From contig CAWBHS010000011.1 of the NCBI GenBank assembly GCA_963788655.1, positions 62,120 to 126,119 of the forward strand: a DNA stretch of 64,000 nucleotides, given 5' to 3'. Positions within the stretch are counted from its first letter, which is position 1, and each line of letters begins with the position of its first letter. Shown piece by piece: positions 54,102 through 64,000 of this stretch. Below the pieces are notes generated by a model. The model saw only the letters and a list, made by a program, of their open reading frames with translations, was not told where the DNA came from and made no database searches. The DNA comes from an uncultured Verrucomicrobiae bacterium (GTDB lineage Bacteria; Verrucomicrobiota; Verrucomicrobiia; Limisphaerales; JAFGQR01). The position numbers and the translations under genes are program-made.

Positions 54102-55923
54102 ATGGACAGAACCGATAACGCGCAGCGCGCCGCAGCGATGATTCTGGGCGAAGTGGCCTCTTCCGGGCTGGCCCGCGGGCGCGCCTTGTTGTGTGACTGC
54201 GCCAAACAGGTGGCCGTGCCGCGCCGACAAATAGACGAGACGGAGATCAATTCGGAAATCGAGCGATTCGATGAGGCGGTGACCGCCGTCGAACAGAAGT
54301 TGAAGGACGTGCAGGCAGGCGTCCGACGTGCACTGGGAAACACTGAAGCGGAAATTTTTGAAGCGCAAATCCTTCTCGCGCGCGACCCGGGACTGCGCAA
54401 GGCGGTCCGCGACAGTTGCGTCGCCAAGCGGGTCAATGTGGAGGCCACGCTCGAAGAAGCCATCCAGCGGCTGGCCGCAAAGTTCGAACAGCTTGAAGAT
54501 GCCTATTTTCGTGAGCGGGCCGTCGATCTGCGTGAAGTGGGAAAGCGCCTGCCTGAACCACCTGGCAAGCCAGTCGCTTTCAGACATTCCGGATGATCCT
54601 GAAGGATGCGTGCTGGTCACCAGCGAATTGTTCTCCTCGGCCGTGGCGCAGTTGGAAGGTCGTGGCGTGCGGGGGCTGATTGTAGAGCGCGGCGGTCTGA
54701 CGGCCCACGCCACGATCCTCGCCCGGGCCCTTGGTATCCCCATGCTCGTGAAAGTGCCGCAGGCCACGGAGAAAATTTCCGCAGGCGATCTGCTGATCGT
54801 AGATGCCCTGGCGGGCCGTGCCTTCATCAACCCGAAATCAGACATCCTGCACGCCTACGATCAATTGGACGCTGATCTGCAAGCCCACCAGAATGCCTTG
54901 AAGAACCTGGTGGACCTCCCGGCAATAACCGCGGATGGCGTCGAGATCAAGCTCTCGGCCAACATCGGTCAAACGGCTGATGCGGTAACTGCCGTGCGCG
55001 TCAAAGCCGATGGCGCCGGACTGTATCGCACGGAATTCGTTTTCCTCGCGCAGGATCATTTCCCTTCGGAAGCTGAACAATACCGCTTTTACCGGGCCAC
55101 GGCCGAGCACCTACAGCCAGGCGAGACGGTGATCCGCGTTCTGGACGCGGGCAGCGACAAACCGCTCGCCTATTTTCCATTGCCACGCGAAGCCAATCCC
55201 GCCCTCGGCTGTCGTGGCATCCGACTGCTGCTCGCGCACCCCGAAATACTCCACACCCAGTTGCGGGCCATTCTGCGACTGAGCGCGACGCATCCGGTTT
55301 CCATCCTGCTGCCCATGATCCGCGGCCTGGACGAATTGCGCGCAACCAAAGCCGCCATCGAAAGTGTAAAATTGGAACTCGCCGCGGCGGGAGAGTCGTT
55401 CAATCCAGATCTTCCGAGTGGGTGTCATGATCGAAACCCCGTCCGCTGCGGTCCTCATCGCGCCACTGGCTGACGAGGTGGACTTCCTTAGCGTCGGCAC
55501 CAACGACCTTGTGCAGTATCTGCTGGCCGCTGACCGAATCAGTGGCGAAGCGGATTCCGCCTACGAACCGCTGCATCCCGCAGTTCTGCAGATGCTCGCC
55601 TCGTTGGCGACGACCGCCCGAAGCAAAGACACACCCATTTCTCTTGTGTGGCGAAATCGCCAGTGACCCGGTTTACACCGCCTTGCTGCTGGGGTTGGGA
55701 TTTCGGCGCTTCAGTGTCAGCCCGGGGCGGCTGCTGGAGATTAAACACGCCATCCGTTCCATTGATTTGACCGCGGCCAGCGAGTTCGCTGCGAAATTCT
55801 GTCTTTGAGTTCCGAGCAAGACATCCGGGCACAGGTGCAGGAAGACTGGAGCCGCCGCCGACCCGTCTCGTCCCCGGACCTCCCTTCCGCGACGCCGCAA
55901 CCGAACCACGCCTCCTGTCGTGA
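54102..55923 (+). CDS. ptsI: Phosphoenolpyruvate--protein phosphotransferase (PTS enzyme I), several frameshifts
   Basis: YFRERAVDLREV, GGLTAHATILARALGIP (phospho-His), GLYRTEF, EANPALGCRGIR, MIETP, SVGTNDLVQY and LCGE. Confidence 0.88.
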
Positions 55924-56201
55924 CCCACAATGCAAATTCTCGGCGCTTTGAAACTCAGTCTGCCGACGCATCCTTGTCGTTTCTGAACTACACGATCGAG
56001 GGCGACCGCATCACCTTCGAGCACACGTTTGTCCCGGATAAACTTCGCGGAAAGGGCATCGCCGCGAACCTGGCTCGCGTCGCCTTGACCGAGGCGCGGC
56101 AGCGCCATTGGAAAGTCATCCCCCGCTGTTCGTATGTCGCCGGGTTCATCAAGCAATATCCCGAGTTTGCCGATTTGCTCGAACCGGAACTGCTGCCATG
56201 A
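55920..56201 (+). CDS. YjdJ-type GNAT N-acetyltransferase
   Basis: FEHTFVPDKLRGKGIA and KVIPRCSYV. Confidence 0.85.
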   Translation: MTHNANSRRFETQSADASLSFLNYTIEGDRITFEHTFVPDKLRGKGIAANLARVALTEARQRHWKVIPRCSYVAGFIKQYPEFADLLEPELLP

Positions 56202-57861
56202 TCGCTTTCGATGCCGCGCACCAGGCCGTTCACTATCCGCCGGATCGGCGGTTTCGCATTTGGGTGCGTCCTTCCATTCTGGTGGTGGCTGGCGTGGTGA
56301 TATTGAGTTTGATCGCGGCCGCGTGGACCGAGTTCGCCATAGTCGGCCTGCCACACATCGCCGTTCTGCCGGAAGCTGACAATCCCACAAGTCCGCACGG
56401 ATTTCCCCTCTGGCTGCGGCTCTGTCATTTTTTGAATTTTTTCTTTTTGATGCTGCTGATCCGCAGCGGCCTCTCGATTCTGATGGATCATCCGCGCCTT
56501 TATTTCAACGATCACTGCACGCCGGGAAGCGAATGGATTCGCCTCACGCCGCTCAAGGTGCCTCGTGACCGGCTCTGGACCGCAAAAGACGATGCCCGCT
56601 ACCTCACGCCACTGGTAAGCACACCCGGTTATCGTCACACCATTGGCATTGCGCGCGTCTGGCACTTCATCAACGTCCACGGGTTCATTCTCACGGGCGT
56701 TTTCTTTTTCGTCATGCTCTTCGTCAGCGAGCAATGGCGGCGGCTGATCCCGCATTCATCCGGAAATATTCGGCGCAGGCATGGACAACTGGGTGCATTA
56801 TGCCACGTTCCATTGCCGTCCGAGCCCAACGGGTTCTATGCTTACAACGCCCTGCAACAACTGTCTTATTTCATCGTGGTCTTCGGGTTTGGTCCTTTGG
56901 CCATTCTGACGGGCATTGCCATGTCGCCCGCAGTGGTGAACCGCTTTCCGTGGTATGCGCGCATCTTTTTGGAGGACGGCAGACGGCCCGTTCGATCCAC
57001 TTCCTCAACATGCTCGGCTTTGTGGGGTTTATCCTCGTGCATGTGGCTTTGGTCAGCATCACCGGTTTTGCCCGCAACATGAACCATATCGTGTGGGGCA
57101 CCGACGATCTTCACCCACGAGGAATCATCCTGGGACTTGTCGCCATCGGAGCGGTGGTCTTTTCCTGGTGGGTGGTGCATTACCTCTCCTGGCATCACCC
57201 ACGCAAGGTCCAGCACGCGTTGAAACTGGTCACCTATCCGATGCAGTTGCTCACCCTGAACCGGCTGGTTCCGCAGCAGCACTACACCTTGGATGACCTC
57301 TCCCCACATTTCTGGCCCAACGGGAAGATGCCGACCAGCGCCGAGTGGCGGCGGCTGGCGGAAAATGGTTTCCGGGATTACCGGCTGAAGGTTGGCGGAT
57401 TGGTCGAGAAGCCGGTTGAACTTTCACTAGCGGACATCGCCAGACTCGGAGAAACCGAGCAGATCACCATGCACCACTGCATTCAGGGCTGGAGTGGGAT
57501 AGCGCAGTGGGGCGGCGTTCCGATGAAGGCCATCATTGACCTGGTGCGTCCGAAACCCGAAGCCCGAACCGTGGTGTTTTATTCCTTCGGTGAAGCCCTT
57601 TATGGCGGCGCGTATTACGATACCCAGACCATCGAAAATACACTCAAGCCGCAATGCCTGATCGCTTCGCACATGAACGGACAGCCGCTGCCAGAGGTCT
57701 ATGGCGCGCCCCTGCGGTTACGCGTTGAAAACCAACTGGGCTACAAAATGGTCAAATGGATTGAACGGATCGAGTTTGTCGAGTCGGAGAAAACCGTGGG
57801 CCAGGGCGAAGGCGGAAAGAATGAAGACGACGAATACTTCGATCTGCTGCCCAACATCTGA
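56198..57861 (+). CDS. Cytochrome b domain fused to a sulfite-oxidase-family molybdopterin oxidoreductase, several frameshifts
   Basis: TM part with His ligands (RLCHFLN, RVWHF, YNALQQLSY, RSIHF, ILVHV); Mo domain HHCIQGWSG and YGAPLRLRVENQLGYKMVKWI. Confidence 0.85.
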
Positions 57862-57947
57862 CAAACCTGAACCGTGATGCAAAAACCAACCAAAGCCAGT
57901 GACGGCGTCGGGAAAACTTACCCGGCCGTTGCTTGCCGCTTTGAATT

Positions 57948-58429
57948 ATGAAAGCACGAATCGAATACCAGAAAATCGCGCCCGCCGCCTTCCAGGCGAT
58001 GTTGGCCTTTGAAACGTATGTCCGTAGTTGCGGTTTGGAACCGGCGCTGCTGGAACTGATCAAAATCCGCGCCTCGCAAATCAACGGCTGCGCTTACTGC
58101 CTGGACATGCACACCAAGGACGCGCGCGCCGCGGGCGAAAGCGAACAGCGCATCTACGCGCTGAACGCCTGGCGCGAGACGCCGTTCTTCACCGAACGGG
58201 AACGCGCCGCGCTGGCCTGGACCGAGAGCGGTCACGTTGGTGGCCGAACGCGCACGTGCCCGACGAGCGTCTACGAGCACGTGCGCCGGCATTTCTCCGA
58301 ACAGGAGCTGGTCGAATCTCACCGCTGCCGATCGTCGCCATCAACGGCTGGAACCGATTCGCCGTCAGCTTCCGTTCCGTGCCCGGCACCTATCAACCGC
58401 CGCAGCACCAGGCGCAAGTTTCCAAATGA
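57948..58429 (+). CDS. Carboxymuconolactone decarboxylase / AhpD-like protein, frameshifted
   Basis: ELIKIRASQINGCAYCLDMH and FTERERAALAWTE; a shifted frame gives AINGWNRF. Confidence 0.88.
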
Positions 58430-59403
58430 ACCCAACCGAGCAACGCGCCAAAGCCGCCGCCTTTCGCGATCTCCATCACGGGCCGAAAATTCTCGTGTTG
58501 CCCAATGCGTGGGATTGCGTGAGCGCCCGGCTCTTTGAGCAGGCGGGTTTTTCCGCCCTGGCCACGACGAGTGGGGGCATCGCCGCCGTGCTGGGTTATC
58601 CGGATGGGCAACACATTCGTCCACACGAAATGCTGGCGCTGGTGGGCCGAATCGCGGAAACGGTTTCGGTGCCGGTGACGGCGGATCTGGAAGCGGGTTA
58701 CGGCAAGACCGTCGCGGAAGTTGCGGAATTCATGCGACAAGCCATCAGCGCGGGCGTCGTGGGCGCGAATATCGAAGACAGCAGTGGCGCGGATCATCGG
58801 CTCGCCGATCTTGCGTATCAAGTTGAAGTCATCCAAGCGATTCGCCAGGTAGCGACGGACTGCGAAATTCCGTTTGTTGTGAACGCGCGCGTGGATGTTT
58901 ATTTGCATGGAGGGGGCGACGAACCGGATCGTTTCGCCCAAGTCGTTCAGCGCGCAAAGGCGTATCGCGACGCGGGAGCGGACTGTGTGTTTCCCATCGG
59001 ATTGAAAAATCGCGAAACCATCGCGCGCCTCGTTCCGGAAATCGGCTGTCCGCTAAACATCATGGCCGGGCCGGGTGCTCCGACGATTGCCGAACTGGAA
59101 CAACTTGGCGTCCGGCGGGTGACTTTTGGCACCGGTTTGATGCGCGCGACCTTGCCGCTGATCCGCCAAATGGCGCAGGAACTCCGCGCCTCCGGCGGTT
59201 GCGATTCCATGGCGCAAACTGAATTCACCCACGCCGTGGTGAACCAACTCTTCAAACCATCGAGGCTTCATCCCGGGTTGCTCCCAATTTCATCGGGCGA
59301 TGGACGATGCCATTTCACCGTCTTCGTTGATTCTGCAGCCGTCTCTGAACGGCCGCGTCTTTCCGGCGCCCTGCCAACCTTCGCCAATGACCGTATTCCC
59401 TAA
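58426..59403 (+). CDS. Isocitrate lyase / PEP mutase family protein; C-terminus uncertain
   Basis: [35 protein letters not shown] and AGADCVF. Confidence 0.85.
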   Translation: MNPTEQRAKAAAFRDLHHGPKILVLPNAWDCVSARLFEQAGFSALATTSGGIAAVLGYPDGQHIRPHEMLALVGRIAETVSVPVTADLEAGYGKTVAEVAEFMRQAISAGVVGANIEDSSGADHRLADLAYQVEVIQAIRQVATDCEIPFVVNARVDVYLHGGGDEPDRFAQVVQRAKAYRDAGADCVFPIGLKNRETIARLVPEIGCPLNIMAGPGAPTIAELEQLGVRRVTFGTGLMRATLPLIRQMAQELRASGGCDSMAQTEFTHAVVNQLFKPSRLHPGLLPISSGDGRCHFTVFVDSAAVSERPRLSGALPTFANDRIP

Positions 59404-60821
59404 AATTATCCAGGGCGGCATGGGTGTCGCGATCTCGAATTGGAAGCTCGCGCGGGCCGTGTCGCGTCTCGGGCAATTCGGCGTCGTGTCCGGCACGGGC
59501 ATCGAGACGATGCTCGCGCGACGCCTGCAACTGGGCGATCCCGCGCGGGGCGATTCGGCGGGCGCTTGGCGCATTTCCCGTTCCCCGCCATGGTCGAACG
59601 CGTGTTGGCGGATTATTTCATTGAAGGCGGCAAGGCCGAAAATGCGCCCTTTCGCCTCGTCCCGAAAGCCTCGCTGAAGCCCGGCCCGCGTTTTGTGGAG
59701 CCGGTTGTTCTCGGCGCTTTCGTCGAAGTGTTTCTCGCCAAAGAGGGGCACGATGGTGCGGTCGGCATCAATCTCCTTGAAAAAGTCCAGCTCCCCACTT
59801 TGCCGGCGCTGTTCGGCGCCATGCTCGCGGGCGTGACTTGCGTGCTCATGGGCGCGGGAATTCCGCGCGCCATTCCCGGCAGCGCTGGACCGGTTGGCCG
59901 CCGGCGAAACCGCCGAATTGAAGATCGATGTCGAAGGCGCTCTTCCCGGAGAGGAATTCGTCTCCACTTTCGATCCGCAGGCATTCTGCGATGGCAACGT
60001 GCCGACACTCAAACGGCCAAAGTTCTTCGCGGTGATTTCCTCAGCCACGCTGGCCATGACGCTGTCGCGCAAATCCAACGGCCGCGTGGACGGCTTCATC
60101 GTCGAAGGCGAAACCGCCGGAGGTCATAACGCGCCGCCGCGCGGCTCCATGCAGCTCAGTGCCAAGGGCGAACCGATCTATGGCTCGCGCGATGTCCCGG
60201 AGCTGGAGAAAATCCGCGCGCTGGGGCTGCCGTTCTGGCTGGCCGGTTCCTACGGGCAGCCGGGAAAACTTGAAGAAGCCCTGCGCCTCGGTGCCGCCGG
60301 CATCCAGGTCGGAACCGCCTTCGCATTCTGCGAGGAATCCGGCCTTCAACATGAACTCAAGCAGCAGGCCGATCGGACTTTCCCGCGCGGGCCGGGCGGA
60401 AATCTTCACCGATCCGCTGGCTTCGCCCACCGGCTTTCCTTTCAAGGTGGCGGCGATGCCGGGCACGCTTTCCGATCCGGAAATTTTTGCGGCCCGTGAA
60501 CGCATCTGCGACATCGGCGCGCTCCGGCGACCTTACCGCAAGGCGGACGGCACCGTCGGCTATCGCTGCCCCAGCGAGCCCGTTGAAGATTATGTGCGGA
60601 AAGGCGGACCCGCTGACGAAACCGAGGGGCGCAAATGTATCTGCAACGGGCTGATGGCCACCGCCGGCTTTGTGCAAGTGCGGTCCGAATCTGGAAATGA
60701 ACCCGCACTGGTGACGGCTGGCAATGACTTCGGCCGGATTGCGGAATTCCTCCCGGCAAAAAAGAATTCATACACCGCCGCCGATGCCGTTTGTTGCCTG
60801 CTCGGCACCGGAGCGACCTGA
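59387..60821 (+). CDS. Nitronate monooxygenase family flavoprotein, several frameshifts
   Basis: [38 protein letters not shown] and a Cys-rich tail (ICD, RCP, KCICNGL). Confidence 0.85.
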
Positions 60822-60840
60822 TTCTCCCAAAACAAAAATC

Positions 60841-61185
60841 ATGAAACACGATCAACTCTATCTCCTCAAACACAACTTCCAGGATCAGGGTAAAACCTAC
60901 TACTGCCCCGGCTGCGCCGAAATGATCGGCCTCCTCGAATTTTATCCCGCGCTCAAACCGGGCATTGAAATTCACTACGTGGATTTTGCGCGGCCGCGGC
61001 CGGAGCTGGTTTCACTGCTGGGCGAGGCCAATCAAGGTTGCCCGGTTCTGGTGCTCGCAACCGTGCCGCAAAATCCTCCCGCGCACCTCAAGGTGCAACA
61101 TGCCAACGGCCGCGCGTTCGTCGCGGACCCACGGGAGATCGGCGAATATCTCGCCCACGTCCACGGCATTGGGATTCCGCATTGA
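60841..61185 (+). CDS. DUF3088 family protein (CxxC, glutaredoxin-like)
   Basis: DQLYLLK, YYCPGC, VDFARPR, LLGEANQGCPVLVL and HGIGIPH. Confidence 0.8.
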   Translation: MKHDQLYLLKHNFQDQGKTYYCPGCAEMIGLLEFYPALKPGIEIHYVDFARPRPELVSLLGEANQGCPVLVLATVPQNPPAHLKVQHANGRAFVADPREIGEYLAHVHGIGIPH

Positions 61186-61295
61186 GGCACCGACGACAAG
61201 CAGGAAAGACCATGGCTAACGCGAATAGGCCGTCGCTATGAACTCATAGCCGGACCAACGCGTGCTGCGCACCACCTTGCGGCAAGAATGCTGTA

Positions 61296-63253
61296 ATGGC
61301 GCATCGAAGCTCGTCTATGATTTGTCGTATTCTCATCTTGTGGTTGTTCGCGACAGTGCTCGCGGTTTCCCTGGCTCGCGCCGAGACCGCATCGGTTCAA
61401 ACCGCCTGGCGGCTGCTCGACTATATCGCGGTTGATTATCCGGGGGCGGTTCATGATGGCGCGGTGATCAGCGAGGCAGAGTTTGCGGAGATGACCGAGT
61501 TCGCGGCGTCGGCTCACGAGCGGATCAATGAGTTGCCCCCGTCCAGCGCGCGCGCCGATCTGCAACACCGGGCGGTAGCGCTGCAAACCCTCATTGCCAA
61601 CAAAGCTCCCGCCACGACCGTCGCGGCGACGGCGCGCACGCTCGCGGCCGATCTCATCAAGGCCTATCCGATAACGCTCGCACCGGTGAAGCCGCTCGAT
61701 TTCGCACGCGGGCAGACGCTCTACACGCAGAACTGCCTGAGTTGCCACGGCGCGAACGGGGACGGTAATGGTCCGGCTGCCCTTGGGCTGGTCCCGCCGC
61801 CGATCGCGTTTACCGACAAACATCGCGCCCGCGAACGAAGCGTGTTCGCGCTTTATCAGGTGATCGAGCAGGGCATCCCCGGCACCAGCATGGCCAGCTT
61901 CGGCGTGTTGCCGCCCGAGGATCGGTGGGACCTGGCACTTTATGTCAGTGCCTTTGCGTTTCCCGAAAGCGCCGCGGACGAAGGCCGGCGAATCTGGCAG
62001 GAGAACGCGACGCTGCGCGCCGACATCAATCTGGAAAAACTGGTGGGCCTGACTCCGGCTTCGCTCGCGAACGAAATCGGCGAAACCAAGGCGGATGCCA
62101 TCACCGCCTATCTGCGTCGCCATCCGGCCGCCGTGCAGGAACCCGCAATCAACGACCGGTCCGCTCACGCTGGCCCGCACCCGCCTGGACGAGGCGTTGA
62201 CCGCCTACGCAACGAAGGTGCTCGCAAAGCCGCCGCCGACCTGGCGCTGTCGGCCTATCTCGACGGTTTTGAACCGGTCGAACCGATGCTAGCCGTGCGC
62301 GACAATGCGCTCAAGATTCGCATCGAAGGCGCGATGGGAACGTTGCGCGCCAACATTGCCAAAGGGCTGCCCCGGACGAAGTCCGTAAACAGGCGGCGGC
62401 GCTCAATACGCTGTTGCCCGAGGCGGAAGCCGCGCTCGCGCGCCACGAAGCGTCGGCCGGATCCAGCTTCTTCGGCGCGTTCACGATCCTGCTGCGCGAA
62501 GGGCTGGAAGCGCTTCTGATCGTCGTCGCGATGCTCGCCTTTCTGCGGAAGGTGGAGCGCGAAGGATGCGCTGCCTTACGTCCACGGCGGTTGGATCGCG
62601 GCGCTGGTGGCGGGTGGTTTGACATGGGGCGTCGGCACCTATCTCATCGGCATCAGCGGCGCCAGTCGGGAGTTGACGGAAGGTTTCGGCTCCGTCCTGG
62701 CCGGCGATTATCCTGCTCTGGGTGGGCGTGTGGATGCACGCGCAAGAGCAACGCCAGGCCTGGCAATGCTATGTGTCTGGATGAGCTGAATCACGCGCTC
62801 AAGCGCCGCTCCGCATGGTTCCTGTTCGGGTTGTCCTTCATCGTGGTCTATCGCGAAGTGTTCGAGACGATCCTGTTCTACGCCGCGATCTGGAATCAGG
62901 GAAATAGCGGCGCGGTGCTGGCGGGCGGAGCGACGGCGGTGCTTGCTCTGTTGGCGGTGGCTGCGGTGATGCTGCGCTACGGGCGCCTGCTGCCCATTGG
63001 CAAGTTCTTCGCCTACAGCTCGGTGCTGATCGCGCTGCTGGCCGTCGTGCTGACCGGCAAGGGCGTCGCAGCGTTGCAGGAAGCCGGCTATCTGCCGATC
63101 CATCCGCTGGCGAGTTTTCCGCGGATCGAGATTCTCGGAATGTTTCCGACGCGCGAGGGCATCATCGCTCCGCTGGCAATGGTGCTCTTCCTGGCAATCG
63201 GTTTCGGCTATAATCATCGTCTGGCGCAAAGGGCCGCTCCGCCAACGAATTGA
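61296..63253 (+). CDS. Cytochrome c / FTR1-family iron permease (PbrT-like), several frameshifts
   Basis: LLDYIAVDYPGAV, CLSCH heme motif, AYLDGFEPVE and two RExxE motifs (LLREGLE, YREVFE). Confidence 0.88.
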
Positions 63254-63575
63254 CCCATCGGCCCGGCCGGTGGGCGGATCAAAACATGAACTCAAATCAT
63301 GCGCTTTGAAGAACTGACCGAACAACGACTGCTCGATCTTTACCGGGCGCGTTTCGGGGAGCACGTGCCACTGCTGCTGCGGCAGGATGTGCGCGGCTTT
63401 CGCGTTCGTCGCCCGGTGTGACTCGGACGTGCGTTGCCGCCGGAGACATCTCGGATTCGGTTTTCAAAAAGCCAATCTCATTCCGTTTCAAACCGCATTC
63501 TGAAGTCGTCGCTGGAATTAATTGTTCCCCATTGCAAAACCGAACAAGTCAGCCGATAATGGACCATCAGTCACG

Positions 63576-63866
63576 ATGAAACCAACAACTCCAACCAAAT
63601 CCGATGGATTTTTTGGCAGTCAGTTCGAAAATGTCCTGGAACTTATCAGCTACCAGGACGGTGCCATTCCCAGCCGCGCTGGTCAGGAAGGCAACTGGTA
63701 ACGTCGCCCTGTTCGCCTGCGACGAAGGCCAGGGCTTGAAGCCGAGCACACCGCTCCCTTTGATGCGCTCGCGCAGGTGCTCGAAGGAGAGGCTGAAATC
63801 ACGATCTCCGGCCAGCCCCACCGGCTGCAAGGTGCCGAGATGATTCTCACGATGATTCGTTCCTGA
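63576..63866 (+). CDS. Cupin domain protein, frameshifted and possibly truncated
   Basis: Joined frames give ISYQDG..., GNVALFACDEGQGL and EHTAPFDALAQVLEGEAEITISG. Confidence 0.65.
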
Positions 63867-63892
63867 AACCACAACCAAAAAGCAATCAAACC

Positions 63893-64000
63893 ATGAAAAA
63901 CAACTTGAAAATCACCTTGGCTGCTGCGGCCATGCTGACCGCTGCGTTGCTCGCCTCTCAATCCGCACAAGCCCATTGCGACAGCCTCGATGGCCCGGTC
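63893..64000 (+). CDS. Secreted DUF6448-like protein, 5' end only
   Basis: MKNNLKITLAAAAMLTAALLASQSAQA followed by HCDSLDGPV. Confidence 0.65.
   Translation, partial: MKNNLKITLAAAAMLTAALLASQSAQAHCDSLDGPV

Noticed and set aside
63299..63421. 40-aa ORF MRFEELTEQRLLDLYRARF... between FTR1 and cupin
   Set aside because: It is too short, has no recognisable motif and sits in an error-prone region.

Overview
This is a GC-rich bacterial chromosomal window. Gene content and repeat style suggest a Verrucomicrobiota (Pedosphaera/Limisphaera-like) organism, which is an inference. Positions 1-48 kb hold housekeeping genes (apbE, nadC-birA-coaX, nnr, fhs, leuB, uvrC) mixed with secreted carbohydrate-active proteins: GH78, two beta-helix proteins, a nucleoside-hydrolase/GH43 fusion, DUF5696-like and GHL10. 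The same stretch carries an octaheme cytochrome c-TPR protein, a small-protein/nucleotidyltransferase pair and a ~7 kb gene for a giant repetitive surface protein. Intergenic spaces contain several families of GTAG-type REP doublets, and one family sits inside a ~195-bp MITE-like element present twice. From 48.4 kb to the end is a nitrosative-stress locus. There nsrR-norB(qNOR) diverges across a clear NsrR box from a run of 14 co-directional genes (ric, DGC, DUF488, Cys/Met lyase, orphan PTS enzyme I, GNAT, cytochrome b-molybdoenzyme, AhpD-like, PEP mutase-like, nitronate monooxygenase, DUF3088, cytochrome c-FTR1, cupin, DUF6448). Many genes are split by small indels, most likely long-read assembly errors, so joined coordinates are my reconstruction. 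I recognised no rRNA, tRNA, CRISPR array or transposase. All product calls come from motif recognition, not database searches.
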